The translations under genes and the position numbers were made by a program. Positions 1 to 11,726 of a DNA stretch of 32,000 nt are shown piece after piece (the stretch's first letter is position 1; every line of letters begins with the position of its first letter). Source of the stretch: Mycolicibacterium smegmatis (GTDB lineage: Bacteria; Actinomycetota; Actinomycetes; Mycobacteriales; Mycobacteriaceae); the NCBI RefSeq assembly GCF_001457595.1, contig NZ_LN831039.1, positions 2,130,001-2,162,000 of the forward strand, written 5' to 3'. The notes under the pieces are model-generated. The model searched no databases. It had not been told where the DNA came from and saw only the letters and a list, made by a program, of their open reading frames with translations.

Positions 1-492
1 GGCCGCATCCAGGTCGGCGACGAGATCGCGCTCACGGGACCCTACGGCTCGTTCACCCTCAAGGACGGACACGTGTTGCCCGTCGTGTGCATAGGCGGCG
101 GTGCGGGCATGGCGCCCATCCTGTCGCTGCTGCGGCACATGAACGAAACCGAGAACAGCCGTCCGGCAAGGTTCTACTACGGCGCACGCACCCCGGCTGA
201 CCTGTTCTATCTCGACGAGATCCTCGAACTGGGCAAGGGAATCAAAGACTTCCGGTTCATCGCCTGTCTCTCGGAGTCCGCGGACGGAGAGGTCCCCGGC
301 CGGGTCACGGTGGAGGAGGGCATGGTGACCGACGTCGTCGCCCGGCACGAAACCGCGATCGCCAAGACCGAGGTGTACCTGTGCGGGCCGCCACCGATGG
401 TCGACGCCGCGTTGATGTTCCTCGACGCCAATTGCGTGCCCAAAGACCAGGTGTTCTACGACAGCTTCACCAGCCCCATCTTCGACCAGTAG
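1..492 (+). CDS. mimB: 3' part (163 codons) of the NAD(P)H oxidoreductase component of a soluble di-iron monooxygenase (MimB/PrmB-like). The 5' end lies outside the window.
   Basis: Frame 1 is open from nt 1 to TAG 490-492. The translation GRIQVGDEIALTGPYGSFTL...CIGGGAGMAPILSLL...VYLCGPPPMVDA carries FNR-family NAD-binding motifs. The gene lies directly upstream of the beta-subunit and coupling-protein genes. Confidence 0.85.
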   Translation, partial: GRIQVGDEIALTGPYGSFTLKDGHVLPVVCIGGGAGMAPILSLLRHMNETENSRPARFYYGARTPADLFYLDEILELGKGIKDFRFIACLSESADGEVPGRVTVEEGMVTDVVARHETAIAKTEVYLCGPPPMVDAALMFLDANCVPKDQVFYDSFTSPIFDQ

Positions 493-515
493 CAGCCCAC
501 CAGAAAGGAACTTCG

Positions 516-1622
516 ATGTCAGCCCCTGAGAAGCCAAGAGAACGAAGCTTTCCCAAGATCGAGTTCACCGACTCCGAAGCCGGAGCCAAGGAGTTTCCGA
601 GTTCCAAGAGTCGCAGTTACTCGTACTTCACGCCGGCCAAGTTGCGCGCGACGATGTACGAGGACGTCACCGTCGACGTACAGCCCGATCCGGACCGGCA
701 CCTGACCCAGGGCTGGATCTACGGCTTCGGAAACGGGCCGGGCGGATATCCGAAAGACTGGACCACGGCCAAGTCCTCGGACTGGCATGCCTTCCGCGAC
801 CCCAACGAGGAGTGGAACCAGACCATCTACCGCAACAACGCCGCGGTGGTGCGTCAGGTCGAACTGTGCCTGAAGAACGCCAAACGTGCGCGCGTCTATG
901 ACGGCTGGAACTCGACCTGGTTGACGTTCATCGAACGCAATGTCGGAGCGTGGATGCACGCCGAGAACGGCCTGGCGCTGCACGTGTTCACGTCCATCCA
1001 GCGGTCCGGACCGACCAACATGATCAACACCGCGGTCGCGGTGAACGCCGCGCACAAGATGCGGTTCGCCCAGGACCTCGCACTGTTCAACCTCGACCTG
1101 GCCGAGGCCACCGAAGCCTTCGACGGCAGCGCCCACCGGGCCGTGTGGCAGGAGGCGCGGGAATGGCAGGCCACCCGTAAGGTGGTGGAAGAGCTGACGG
1201 CGGTGGGGGATTGGTGCCAGCTGCTGTTCGCCACGAACATCGTGTTCGAGCAGCTGGTCGGTTCGCTGTTCCGCACAGAACTGATCATGCAGATCGCCGC
1301 CCGCAACGGCGACTACATCACGCCGACGATCGTGGGCACCGGCGAACACGACTACGACCGCGACCTCAACTACACCCGCAACCTGTTCCGGCTGCTGACC
1401 CGTGACCCCGAGCACGGCGAGGCGAACAAGGCACTGTTCACCGAGTGGCTGGGGATCTGGGTGCCACGTTGCCTCGACGCCGCGCTTGCGCTGCAGCCGA
1501 TCTGGTCGGCACCGGCCGACAAGGCCGTCACCTTCGCCTCCAGCCTGGACGCTGCGAAGGCGAAGTTCACAGCACTGCTGGAAGAGATCGATCTGGACAT
1601 CCCCGAGGAGTTGAACAAATGA
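516..1622 (+). CDS. mimC: Soluble di-iron monooxygenase small (beta) hydroxylase subunit, 368 aa
   Basis: ATG 516 is preceded by GAAAGGA (504-510). The upstream part of tracked ORF 381..1622 overlaps mimB and is Arg-rich. The gene sits between reductase and coupling protein, as in mimABCD/prmABCD. The family call rests on context plus remembered SDIMO beta-subunit character, not on a search. Confidence 0.8.
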   Translation: MSAPEKPRERSFPKIEFTDSEAGAKEFPSSKSRSYSYFTPAKLRATMYEDVTVDVQPDPDRHLTQGWIYGFGNGPGGYPKDWTTAKSSDWHAFRDPNEEWNQTIYRNNAAVVRQVELCLKNAKRARVYDGWNSTWLTFIERNVGAWMHAENGLALHVFTSIQRSGPTNMINTAVAVNAAHKMRFAQDLALFNLDLAEATEAFDGSAHRAVWQEAREWQATRKVVEELTAVGDWCQLLFATNIVFEQLVGSLFRTELIMQIAARNGDYITPTIVGTGEHDYDRDLNYTRNLFRLLTRDPEHGEANKALFTEWLGIWVPRCLDAALALQPIWSAPADKAVTFASSLDAAKAKFTALLEEIDLDIPEELNK

Positions 1623-1963
1623 GCAGCATGCAGTTCGGCGCGGCCACAGAGTTCTCCAACAAATGCGGCGTGACGCTGATGAACACCCCGATCGGGCGCG
1701 TCGTCGCCGAGGTGATGGGCGCCAAGGAAGGTGTCGAACTCACCGAGTACCCGTCGATGATCCGCGTCGACGGCGTCAAACTGCTGAGCTTCGACTACGA
1801 CGAGCTCACCGAGGCCCTCGGCGAGGAGTTCGACGGTTCGATCTTCGAGGAGATCAGCTCCACCCACTACGGACGCATGGTGCATCTCGACGACAAGACG
1901 ATGCTGTTCGCCAGCCCCGAGGATGCCGCCGAGTACATCGGCTTCGACCTCACCGCGAAGTAG
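1619..1963 (+). CDS. mimD: Monooxygenase coupling/effector protein (MmoB/DmpM family), 114 aa
   Basis: ATG 1619 overlaps the mimC stop (ATGA at 1619-1622). Small acidic product [33 protein letters not shown]...; size and position are typical of SDIMO coupling proteins. Confidence 0.8.
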   Translation: MSSMQFGAATEFSNKCGVTLMNTPIGRVVAEVMGAKEGVELTEYPSMIRVDGVKLLSFDYDELTEALGEEFDGSIFEEISSTHYGRMVHLDDKTMLFASPEDAAEYIGFDLTAK

Positions 1964-1999
1964 ATCGATCCAAAGAACCCATAGCGCAAGGAGATTGCA

Positions 2000-3043
2000 A
2001 TGTACGAAAAAGACGGCCAACAGTACTTCATCGTCGACTCGCACGTTCACCTGTGGGACGGCCGGGCCTCGAACCTGAAGAACGTGCACGGCAAACAGTT
2101 CATCGACTGCTTCTACGACTACCACAAGAATCTCAGCCCGGAAGAAGCGTTGTGGGATTACGACACCTACACCTACTACGGCGGCGACCGGTTGATGAAG
2201 GACCTGTTCACCGACGGCTACGTCGACCACGCGATCTTCCAGGCCACCTTGCTCAGCGACTTCTACGTCACCGGGTTCGGCCAGACCGAGGAGGCGTTCG
2301 CGCTCACACAACGCCATCCCGGCAAGCTCACCTACAACCACGCCTACGACCCCCGTTACGGCGAGGCCGGCCTGGAACAACTGCGCCGCGATGCGGATCG
2401 GATGGGTCTGCAGGGCGTCAAGCTCTACACCGCCGAATGGCATGGTGACTCGCGCGGCTACAAGCTCGACGAGCCGTGGTCGCGGCGATATCTCGAAGAG
2501 GCCATCAAGCTGGGTATCAAGAACGTCCACGTCCACAAAGGCCCCACCATCCGGCCGTTGGACCGTGACGCGTTCGACGTGGCCGACATCGACAAAGTGG
2601 CCACCGACTACCTGGAGCTCAACTTCGTCGTCGAACATGTCGGGTTACCTCGGTTGGAGGACTTCTGCTGGATCGCCACCCAGGAGTCCAACGTCTACGG
2701 CGGTCTGGCCGTGGCCATCCCGTTCATCCACACCCGGCCGCGCTACTTCGCCCAGATCATCGGCGAACTTCTGTACTGGATCGGTGAGGACAAGATCCTG
2801 TTCGCCAGCGACTACGCGCTGTGGACGCCGAAGTGGCTGATCGAGAAGTTCGTCGACTTCCAGATCCCCGAGGACATGCTGGGTGAGTACACTCAGATCA
2901 CCGCCGAGCAGAAGCGAAAAGTTCTCGGCCTCAACGCCGCATCGCTGTACGACATCGACGTTCCCGCCGAACTGCGGCTGCCTACACCGGGGCAGGACAC
3001 GGTGGAGGTGGCCGCCGGTGCCAAGGAGAGCGTGTCGATATGA
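2000..3043 (+). CDS. Amidohydrolase-2 family metal-dependent hydrolase associated with the monooxygenase cluster, 347 aa
   Basis: AAGGAG lies 7 nt upstream of ATG 2000. N-terminal FIVDSHVHLWD metal-binding motif. High GC3 in this frame. Confidence 0.88.
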   Translation: MYEKDGQQYFIVDSHVHLWDGRASNLKNVHGKQFIDCFYDYHKNLSPEEALWDYDTYTYYGGDRLMKDLFTDGYVDHAIFQATLLSDFYVTGFGQTEEAFALTQRHPGKLTYNHAYDPRYGEAGLEQLRRDADRMGLQGVKLYTAEWHGDSRGYKLDEPWSRRYLEEAIKLGIKNVHVHKGPTIRPLDRDAFDVADIDKVATDYLELNFVVEHVGLPRLEDFCWIATQESNVYGGLAVAIPFIHTRPRYFAQIIGELLYWIGEDKILFASDYALWTPKWLIEKFVDFQIPEDMLGEYTQITAEQKRKVLGLNAASLYDIDVPAELRLPTPGQDTVEVAAGAKESVSI

Positions 3044-3783
3044 GTACCGCAGTGATCTCCCTAGAGACGGAGATCCTCGAGGCGCTGGCGACGGTGACCG
3101 ATCCCGAACTCGACGAACCGATCACCGAACTCGGATTCGTGCGCTCGGTGTTCGTCGACGATGACGGGATCACCGTCCATCTGCGGTTGCCGACGGCGTT
3201 CTGTTCCCCGAACTTCGCCTATCTGATGGCTTCTGATGCCCTGGATGCGCTACGCGAACTCGACGACATAGGGGAAGTGCGGGTGTTGCTGGACGACCAT
3301 CACGACAGTGACAAGATCAATGCGGGCCTGGCCGCCGACGCCGGTTATGTCGGCACGTTCGGTGTGGAAGCCGAGAAGAGCCTCGACGCGCTGCGGGAGG
3401 TGTTCTGGCGCAAGGCACACGCGGCGGCGATGGAACGGGCGATCACCTTACTGCTGCGCCAGACACCGATGGACGCCGAGCAGATCGGGCATCTGCTGCT
3501 GCGTGACCTGCCCGAGGGCAAGGCGAAAGCAGCGCTGCTGCGGCGTCGCTTCACTATCGGTCTGAGCAACTGCCCCAACAGCAAGGTACTCGTCGATGAC
3601 GAGGGAAAACCTGTTGCACCCGAGGCGGTTCCCATGCGGCTGCGTTTCGCCCGCTCGGTACGGATCTCGATGGAAGGCAACTCGCATTTCTGCCGGGGCC
3701 TGTTGGCCACACGGTATTCCGACGACGAACCCGCGGGCGCACTGCCCGTCGTGACCGACACCAGAACCCGAAGGAGCAGGTGA
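3040..3783 (+). CDS. DUF59 (SufT/MIP18-like) domain protein with a C-terminal extension of about 150 aa, 247 aa
   Basis: ATG 3040 overlaps the preceding stop (ATGA). The N-terminus EILEALATVTDPELDEPITELGFVRSV...LPTAFCSPNF matches the DUF59 signature, including the conserved Cys. Confidence 0.75.
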   Translation: MSTAVISLETEILEALATVTDPELDEPITELGFVRSVFVDDDGITVHLRLPTAFCSPNFAYLMASDALDALRELDDIGEVRVLLDDHHDSDKINAGLAADAGYVGTFGVEAEKSLDALREVFWRKAHAAAMERAITLLLRQTPMDAEQIGHLLLRDLPEGKAKAALLRRRFTIGLSNCPNSKVLVDDEGKPVAPEAVPMRLRFARSVRISMEGNSHFCRGLLATRYSDDEPAGALPVVTDTRTRRSR

Positions 3784-4808
3784 TGAGAGCTGTGCAGGTG
3801 GTGGGCTACCACCAGAACCTGGAATTGGCCGACGTGGAGAAGCCCACGCCGACAGGTCCGTTCGATGTCGTGGTGAAGATCGGCGGCGCCGGCGTGTGCC
3901 GGACCGATCTGCACATCCTCGAAGGTCAGTGGGCCGAGAAGTCACAGGTGCAACTGCCGTACACGATTGGCCATGAAAATGCCGGTTGGGTCGAATCTGT
4001 CGGGTCCGCGGTCACCAATGTCACAGAAGGCGACAAGGTGATCGTCCATCCGCTGATCACGTGCGGGTTGTGCCGAGCCTGCCGATCCGGGGACGACGTC
4101 CACTGCGAGTCGAACGCGTTTCCCGGGATCGACACCAACGGCGGGTACGCGGAGTATCTCAAGACCTCCGCACGCAGCGTGGTCAAGATCGACGACGCAC
4201 TGGAGCCGGCCGATGTCGCGGCCCTGGCCGACGCGGGTCTGACGGCGTATCACGCCGCCGCCAAGGCCGCTCGCAGGCTGACACCCCGAGACCGGGTCGT
4301 CGTCATCGGCGCAGGAGGTCTGGGCCACATCGGGATTCAGGTGCTCAAAGCGCTGTCACCGGCCGAACTCATCGTCGTCGACCGCAACCCCGAGGCGCTC
4401 AAGCTCGCCGAGGCGATCGGCGCCGACCACTGCGTGATCGCCGACGGCAACCAGATCGAGCAGGTGCGCGACCTCACCGGCGGACACGGCGCCGAGACCG
4501 TGGTCGACTTCGTCGGTGAAGGAGGCGCGACCAGCGAGGGGATCGCCATGTTGCGCAGGGCCGGTGACTACCACGTGGTGGGCTACGGCGAGAACATCGA
4601 TGTGCCCACGATCGACGTGATCTCCACCGAGATCAACTTCATCGGCAACCTCGTCGGTTCCTACAACGACCTGTGCGACCTGATGGCACTGGCCGCCCGG
4701 GGAGCGGTCAACCTGCACACACAGAAGTACGCCCTCGACGACTTCCAGTCCGCCATCACCGATCTGGACAACGGCAACGTCCGCGGGCGCGCGATCCTCG
4801 TCCCCTGA
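3780..4808 (+). CDS. Zn-dependent medium-chain alcohol dehydrogenase, 342 aa (341 aa if ATG 3783 is used)
   Basis: GTG 3780 / ATG 3783 overlap the DUF59 stop (3781-3783), with AAGGAG at 3771-3776. Motifs present: GHENAGWV, structural-Zn CGLCRACRSGDDVHC, and Rossmann VIGAGGLG. Confidence 0.9.
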   Translation: MMRAVQVVGYHQNLELADVEKPTPTGPFDVVVKIGGAGVCRTDLHILEGQWAEKSQVQLPYTIGHENAGWVESVGSAVTNVTEGDKVIVHPLITCGLCRACRSGDDVHCESNAFPGIDTNGGYAEYLKTSARSVVKIDDALEPADVAALADAGLTAYHAAAKAARRLTPRDRVVVIGAGGLGHIGIQVLKALSPAELIVVDRNPEALKLAEAIGADHCVIADGNQIEQVRDLTGGHGAETVVDFVGEGGATSEGIAMLRRAGDYHVVGYGENIDVPTIDVISTEINFIGNLVGSYNDLCDLMALAARGAVNLHTQKYALDDFQSAITDLDNGNVRGRAILVP

Positions 4809-6485
<1,677 letters not shown>

Positions 6486-6510
6486 ACGTCCTTACAGCAA
6501 CAGGTTTGGA

Positions 6511-6852
6511 GTGATCGTGATATTCATCGTCGTCAAGTTCCAGGTGGACGAGGCCTACCGCGACAAATGGCCCGCGCTGACCAAGGCGTTCACCGACGCC
6601 ACACGGGCCGAGGAAGGCAACCTGTGGTTCGAATGGTCGCGCAGCCTGGATGATCCGAACGAATACGTTCTGGTGGAGGCGTTCCGGGACTCGGAGGCCG
6701 GCGCTGTGCACGTCAACTCCGAACATTTCCACGAGGGCCTCGCTGCCATGCGGCCGGCCCTGACCGCGACCCCGCGGATTCTCCACACCGAGATCGAAGG
6801 CGAGGACTGGGCGGCGATGGGCGAACTGGAGATCGCCGACGCCTCGCGCTGA
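6511..6852 (+). CDS. ABM-domain (antibiotic-biosynthesis/quinol monooxygenase-like) protein, about 111-113 aa
   Basis: The translation VVKFQVDEAYRDKW...EEGNLWFEWSRSLDDPNEYVLVEAFRDSEAGAVHVNSEHF is a typical ABM fold signature. GTG 6517 has better spacing to GGAG (6508-6511) than GTG 6511, so the start is uncertain by 2 codons. Confidence 0.75.
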   Translation: MIVIFIVVKFQVDEAYRDKWPALTKAFTDATRAEEGNLWFEWSRSLDDPNEYVLVEAFRDSEAGAVHVNSEHFHEGLAAMRPALTATPRILHTEIEGEDWAAMGELEIADASR

Positions 6853-6858
6853 ACGCGC

Positions 6859-8034
6859 CTACAACCGATACTCGGGCAGCGCGAAGTCATCAGAGAAGGT
6901 GCGCGCCAACAGGCGGTCGGTCCACGGCACGGCGTTCACGACGCGCATGCAGAGGTCACGGAACGCGATGCCCAGGTTCGTTTTCGGGATGAACACCGCG
7001 AGGTATCTGCGTGCGGCCTCCTGTTTGGCCGCGATGAGCGGTCGCAAGGCAGTCTCATAGGCGCTGAACGCATCTCGGTGATCGCGGTGAGCGGCCAGCT
7101 CACCGGCGAGAACATAGGCCTCGGCCATGGCCAGCCCCGTGCCTTCACCGCCGAGCAGCGATATACACGCCGCGGCATCACCGACAAGCACCGTGCGGCC
7201 GCGAGACCAGCGGTCCATACGGATCTGGCTGACCACGTCGAGGTACAGATCGTCGACGTCGTCCAGTGCGTCGGTGATGCGTTCACATTCCCACCCGAGG
7301 TCGCTGAACTCACGTTTCAGCAGGGCTATTCGCTCGTCGTGGGACCCGGGAACAGTGGCATCGTCCGATCGCAGGATGAACAGGAACAATGTCCGGTCGC
7401 CGCGCAGGGCCACTCGGCCCACGGAATGTCCCGGTGCGCTGAACGTCATGTACACCAGGTCGTCACGAGGGCGGTATCCGTCGACGACGGCAGCCGCGAC
7501 CAGGCAGCCCAGATAATGCTCGGGGTCCGGTGCGCGGCCGAACGCGAGCTGGCGCACGTGGGAATGCAGACCGTCCGCGCCGACCACCAGATCGAACTCG
7601 CGCTGCGTCCCGCCGGCAAGACCGACGGCAACCCCGTCCTCGTGCTCGGTGATCGAGGCGATGCTGTCGCCGAACACCGTTTCCACCTTGCCGTCGATGG
7701 TGGAGTAGATGGTTGCGGCGAGGTCGCCGCGCGGCAGGCTGGTGAACTTGTCGTGGGTGACGCGACGAATTCCGGCGGTGTCGAGGTTCGCGCGGATCCG
7801 GCCGTCCGGGGTGACCGAACGGATGGCCGTGATGTCGTATCCCTGCTCGCAGAGCGCCGGTTCGATACCCATGCGGCACGCGACCTCGTAGCCCAGGCCC
7901 CAGAAGTCGACGACGTATCCGCCCGTGCGCAGGCGCGGGGCCGCTTCGATCAACGTAGGTTCGTGGCCCGCACGCATCAACCAGTAGGCGAGCGTGGGTC
8001 CGGCGATACCGGCACCGCTGATGGCGATTCTCAT
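6859..8034 (-). CDS. Group A FAD-dependent monooxygenase/hydroxylase, 391 aa
   Basis: Starts at ATG (complement of 8032-8034) with MRIAISGAGIAGPTLAYWL (GxGxxG). Also has GADGLHSHVR and VLVGDAAACIS motifs. The 90-codon upstream extension of tracked ORF 6859..8304 overlaps the next gene and is Arg/Pro-rich. Confidence 0.85.
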   Translation of the reverse strand: MRIAISGAGIAGPTLAYWLMRAGHEPTLIEAAPRLRTGGYVVDFWGLGYEVACRMGIEPALCEQGYDITAIRSVTPDGRIRANLDTAGIRRVTHDKFTSLPRGDLAATIYSTIDGKVETVFGDSIASITEHEDGVAVGLAGGTQREFDLVVGADGLHSHVRQLAFGRAPDPEHYLGCLVAAAVVDGYRPRDDLVYMTFSAPGHSVGRVALRGDRTLFLFILRSDDATVPGSHDERIALLKREFSDLGWECERITDALDDVDDLYLDVVSQIRMDRWSRGRTVLVGDAAACISLLGGEGTGLAMAEAYVLAGELAAHRDHRDAFSAYETALRPLIAAKQEAARRYLAVFIPKTNLGIAFRDLCMRVVNAVPWTDRLLARTFSDDFALPEYRL

Positions 8035-8519
8035 CCCGGTGTCCGAGGAACGAAGCGGATGAACGGTATCTGCTCGCCGGCCGCCCGGAAGTCCTCGAGC
8101 GACCCGTCGACGGAGAATCCCATCAGCCGGGGGAGCAGGTGACGGGCGAGGAATCGGTGGCGCACAGCGTAGCGGGCGAAGATGTCGGCGCCTTCGGCCT
8201 GGTCCAACGGCAGGGCCGTGACGGCGATGGTGCGTCGTCCCACCTGGATCGTGACCCGGGGCTCGGCGAGCACGTTGCGGTACCAGGCTGCCTTCGGACC
8301 CCACCCGGAGGCGACCGTGTACGCCCCGGTCTGTGGGTCGTGCTCGACCACCTCGAGGACCACTTCTCGGTTCTTGCCGGACACCCGGCCGATGTGGTGC
8401 AGCAGCAGGAGCCGGTTACCGAACATCCAGCCAAGGTTGGCCCGGAACATCGAGATGGGCGCCCGGAACAGCAACTTGCTCAGCCCCGACGGCGGGTGGA
8501 CCCTCTTGGTGATCTTCAC
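8031..8519 (-). CDS. Deazaflavin (F420)-dependent nitroreductase-family oxidoreductase (FDOR-A/DUF385 type), 162 aa
   Basis: GTG start (complement of 8517-8519), with GAAAGGA 9 nt upstream on the minus strand. The translation ...FRANLGWMFGNRLLLLHHIGRVSGKNREVVLEVV... is typical of the family. Its stop overlaps the downstream FAD monooxygenase start by 4 nt. Confidence 0.8.
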   Translation of the reverse strand: MKITKRVHPPSGLSKLLFRAPISMFRANLGWMFGNRLLLLHHIGRVSGKNREVVLEVVEHDPQTGAYTVASGWGPKAAWYRNVLAEPRVTIQVGRRTIAVTALPLDQAEGADIFARYAVRHRFLARHLLPRLMGFSVDGSLEDFRAAGEQIPFIRFVPRTPG

Positions 8520-8739
8520 GTCTTGATGTCCTTTCGCGACGACGACAGTTCCGAGCCTAGTGAAAGAGCCACAAGAACGACACCCAGTATGTGAGATGTC
8601 GCCAGGATCGTGAAATCGCTTGTAGCAACGAAAAAGTCATGTGTCCGCGTGAGCAGACGGGGGTGTTCGCGGTTGCGGCTGTATGCGGACATTGCGCCAT
8701 CGCGGCCGCGCCGACCACAGGCAGGGGTACGGTCCAAGA

Positions 8740-10287
8740 ATGGCTGTCTTCACCTTCGCCGAGCTCACTCCGACCAGCCTCCTGCAGCGATCTGCCCAGG
8801 CGTTTCCCGATCGTCTCGCCATTGTCGACGGTGAGCTGAGATTGACCTACACGCAGTTCGCGGAGAGGTGCGGCCGCGTCACCTCGGCGCTGGCGGCCGC
8901 GGGTGTGCAACCCGGGGATCGGGTGGCCGCTCTGTGCACCAACAGCCACGTCATGCTGGAACTGCACCAGGCGGTGCCGGCCCGCGGGGCGGTGCTGGTG
9001 CCGCTGAACACGCGGCTGGCGTTCGAGGAGATGCAGTACATCATCGGCCACCCCGGCGCTCGTATCCTGATCGCCACCCGTGAGTTCGCCGACCGTGCGC
9101 GAGAGTTGGCTGACGACGCCGGGATCGACGTGGTGATCGAAGGTGACGGGTACGAGGAGTGGCTGCCGGACGTGGCGTCACCCGAGGATCGCGTCGCGGT
9201 CGGAGAACGGGATCTGCTCGCCATCAACTACACGTCGGGGACCACGGGCAGGCCCAAAGGCGTGATGTACCACCATCGCGGCGCCTACCTGCAGGCTGTT
9301 GCGATGGCCTACCACACGCGTCTCGATCCCTCGACCGGCTATCTGTGGACCTTGCCGATGTTCCATTGCAACGGTTGGTGTTTCACCTGGGCTGTCGGCG
9401 CTGCCGGGGGCACCCACATATGTCTGCGCAAGATCGACTCGGCCGAGATCTGGCGATGGCTGCGTGGCGGCGGTATCACCCATTTCAGCGCCGCGCCAAC
9501 GGTGTTGACGATGATCGCCGAGGATCCTTCGGCGCAACCACTGCCCGCGCGAGTGCACGTCGACACTGGCGGTGCGCCGCCCTCGCCGGCGCTGCTCGCG
9601 CGCCTTACGCCGCTGGGGTTCGACGTCACGCATCTCTACGGGCTCACCGAGACGTACGGACCGGTCGCGGTGAACGTGTGGCAACCGGAGTGGGACGAAC
9701 TGCCGGACGACGAGCAGGCGAGGCTGCGGGCCCGGCAGGGCGTGGGCAACATCATCGCCAACCCGCTGCGGGTCGTGGACCTCGGCGGTGATGACGTGCC
9801 GCGGGACGGCACGACCATCGGGGAGATCGCGGCGCGCGGCAACGACGTCATGCTCGGTTACTACAACGACGACGCCGCCACCAGCGCCGCCACCCGTGAC
9901 GGGTACTTCCTGACCGGTGACCTGGCCGCCATGCATCCCGACGGGTATGTCGAAATTCGGGACCGGGCAAAGGATGTCATCATCTCCGGCGGGGAGAACA
10001 TCGCGTCGATCGAGATCGAAAAGGTCATCGACAGCCACCCCGAGGTGGTGGAATCGGCGGTTGTCGGTGTGGCGGACGAGAAGTGGGGCGAGGTGCCGGT
10101 CGCGTTCATCACGCGGCGCGACGGGTCCGACGTGACATTCGACCAGCTCACCACGTTCCTGCGGGAACATCTCGCCGGTTTCAAGGTGCCGCGCACCATG
10201 GTGTTCGACCATCTGCCGAAGACCTCGACGGGCAAGATTCAGAAGAACGTGCTGCGTGCCCGCGCCGAGCAGGACAAGGCGAACTGA
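8740..10287 (+). CDS. AMP-forming acyl-CoA synthetase/ligase, 515 aa
   Basis: ATG 8740, product MAVFTFAELTPTSLLQRSAQAFPDRLAIV.... AMP-binding motif YTSGTTGRPKGV, later GDLAAMHPDGYVEIRDRAKDVIISGGENI and KTSTGKIQK. Confidence 0.9.
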   Translation: MAVFTFAELTPTSLLQRSAQAFPDRLAIVDGELRLTYTQFAERCGRVTSALAAAGVQPGDRVAALCTNSHVMLELHQAVPARGAVLVPLNTRLAFEEMQYIIGHPGARILIATREFADRARELADDAGIDVVIEGDGYEEWLPDVASPEDRVAVGERDLLAINYTSGTTGRPKGVMYHHRGAYLQAVAMAYHTRLDPSTGYLWTLPMFHCNGWCFTWAVGAAGGTHICLRKIDSAEIWRWLRGGGITHFSAAPTVLTMIAEDPSAQPLPARVHVDTGGAPPSPALLARLTPLGFDVTHLYGLTETYGPVAVNVWQPEWDELPDDEQARLRARQGVGNIIANPLRVVDLGGDDVPRDGTTIGEIAARGNDVMLGYYNDDAATSAATRDGYFLTGDLAAMHPDGYVEIRDRAKDVIISGGENIASIEIEKVIDSHPEVVESAVVGVADEKWGEVPVAFITRRDGSDVTFDQLTTFLREHLAGFKVPRTMVFDHLPKTSTGKIQKNVLRARAEQDKAN

Positions 10288-10296
10288 GCGCCGCCC

Positions 10297-11649
10297 TCAG
10301 TTCTTGTACGCCGAATGCTTGGTCCCCTGGTCGAACATCGCGGGGACCACGGCAAGCACGGCCGCTCCGACGAGGACGACGCCTACACCCACGGTGGAAT
10401 GAGTCGGGGAGGCTGTCACGAGTGCCAGTGCGCCAAGGGGCGCCGCGCCGCCTGCGACCGAGGTGCCGAACTCGCGGGCCGTTCCGACGCCGCTGGCCCG
10501 CGTCGCCACCGGAAACTGCCTGCTGTAGAACGAACCCTGCGCCGCCATCATCGTCGGCACCAGAACGCCCGTGCCGACGATCAACGCGGTCCAGATCGCC
10601 CATGTCTCACCGGTGTTCAGCAATGCCAGGAAGAAAGTCGCCCACACGCCGCTGAGAACGCCGCCGACGATCAGCACGCGCTTGCTGCTCCACCGGTCGC
10701 ACAGCCGCCCCAGCAGCGGGATGACCAGGACCGCGGCGATTCCCGCGAGTGTGACGCCGAGTGCGCTGTCGGCGGCCGAGACACCTTTGAACTGCGTCAG
10801 GTACGCCAGGGAGAAGGTCTTGAAGATGTAGCTGATCGAGGTGCAGCCCAGGGCGATCCCGATGACGACGGCCAGACCGCGCCAGTCCTGGCGCAGCAGC
10901 GCGATGAGCGGGAACGCCTTGGTGCGTCGCTGTTCGGATTCCTGCGCGAAATCCGGTGTCTCGGGCACAGATGCGCGGATCCACAGACCGACGGCGACCA
11001 GCGCGAAGCTCGCGACGAACGGGATGCGCCATCCGACGGTCGTCAGGAAGTCGTCACCGAGCAGTGAGATGACGAAGACCGTCGCGGCCGACAACACCAG
11101 CCCGAGGTTCATCCCGAGTGTCGGCCATGAGCCCATGCTGCCGCGTTTGGCGACGTCGGCATGTTCGTAGCTGGCGACCGCCGCCGAGGCGAATTCGGCG
11201 CCGGCACCCAGACCCTGCAGGATCCGCAACAGCACCAGCGCGATAGGCGCCCACATACCGATCGTCGCGAAGTCGGGCAGGAAACCGATGACACCCGTCG
11301 AGACGCCCATCAAGATGAAGGTGACGACAAGTGTGCGCTTGCGCCCGATCCGGTCGCCGAGTGCGCCGAAGACGACGCCGCCGACGGGCCGGGCCAGGAA
11401 CCCCACGGCGAACGTCGCAAGCGATTGCAGCGCTGCGAATTTCGAGTCTCCTTCCGGGAAGAACACCGTCGCGAACACGATCGAGGCCATCGCGGCGTAG
11501 AGGTAGAAGTCGTACCACTCGACCGCGGTTCCGACGACGGCGGCCAGCGCCATGCGCCTCTGGCGTCGGCGTGCCTGCTCGGGGGTCTCGGTGAGGGGTA
11601 CGGCATGGGTTCCGGTGGGGCTCGCGTCGTTGAGAGCTGGGGTGGACAT
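10297..11649 (-). CDS. MFS transporter, metabolite:H+ symporter (MHS) type, 450 aa
   Basis: ATG (complement of 11647-11649) is preceded by GAGAGGA at 5 nt spacing. The translation ...AAVVGTAVEWYDFYLYAAMASIVFATVFFP...GALGDRIGRKRTL is the MHS signature, with about 12 hydrophobic segments. The alternative start at 11673 lacks an SD. Confidence 0.85.
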   Translation of the reverse strand: MSTPALNDASPTGTHAVPLTETPEQARRRQRRMALAAVVGTAVEWYDFYLYAAMASIVFATVFFPEGDSKFAALQSLATFAVGFLARPVGGVVFGALGDRIGRKRTLVVTFILMGVSTGVIGFLPDFATIGMWAPIALVLLRILQGLGAGAEFASAAVASYEHADVAKRGSMGSWPTLGMNLGLVLSAATVFVISLLGDDFLTTVGWRIPFVASFALVAVGLWIRASVPETPDFAQESEQRRTKAFPLIALLRQDWRGLAVVIGIALGCTSISYIFKTFSLAYLTQFKGVSAADSALGVTLAGIAAVLVIPLLGRLCDRWSSKRVLIVGGVLSGVWATFFLALLNTGETWAIWTALIVGTGVLVPTMMAAQGSFYSRQFPVATRASGVGTAREFGTSVAGGAAPLGALALVTASPTHSTVGVGVVLVGAAVLAVVPAMFDQGTKHSAYKN

Positions 11650-11726
11650 GGCAATCCTCTCGGTTTTGGGCACGGTGAATCGGCCGCATCGGTTGCGGCT
11701 CTTGGCAACAGCGGTGGATCAGATGG

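Noticed and set aside
1370-2638. Long antisense ORFs opposite well-supported genes: 1370..2638 (422 aa), 4356..5876 (506 aa), 9178..10212 (344 aa), 15551..17146 (531 aa), 20121..21155 (344 aa) and 23755..24723 (322 aa).
   Set aside because: These are typical mirror-frame artefacts of GC-rich DNA. Their products are low-complexity and rich in Arg, Gly, Val, Asp and His, with no recognisable motifs. Each is fully covered by an opposite-strand gene with clear family signatures and SD-linked starts.
11650-11726. Short hairpin GCCGCA-N5-TGCGGC between the hydrolase and the MHS transporter, considered as a terminator.
   Set aside because: The stem is only 6 bp, there is no U-run, and the transporter's SD follows closely. 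The two genes are more likely co-transcribed.
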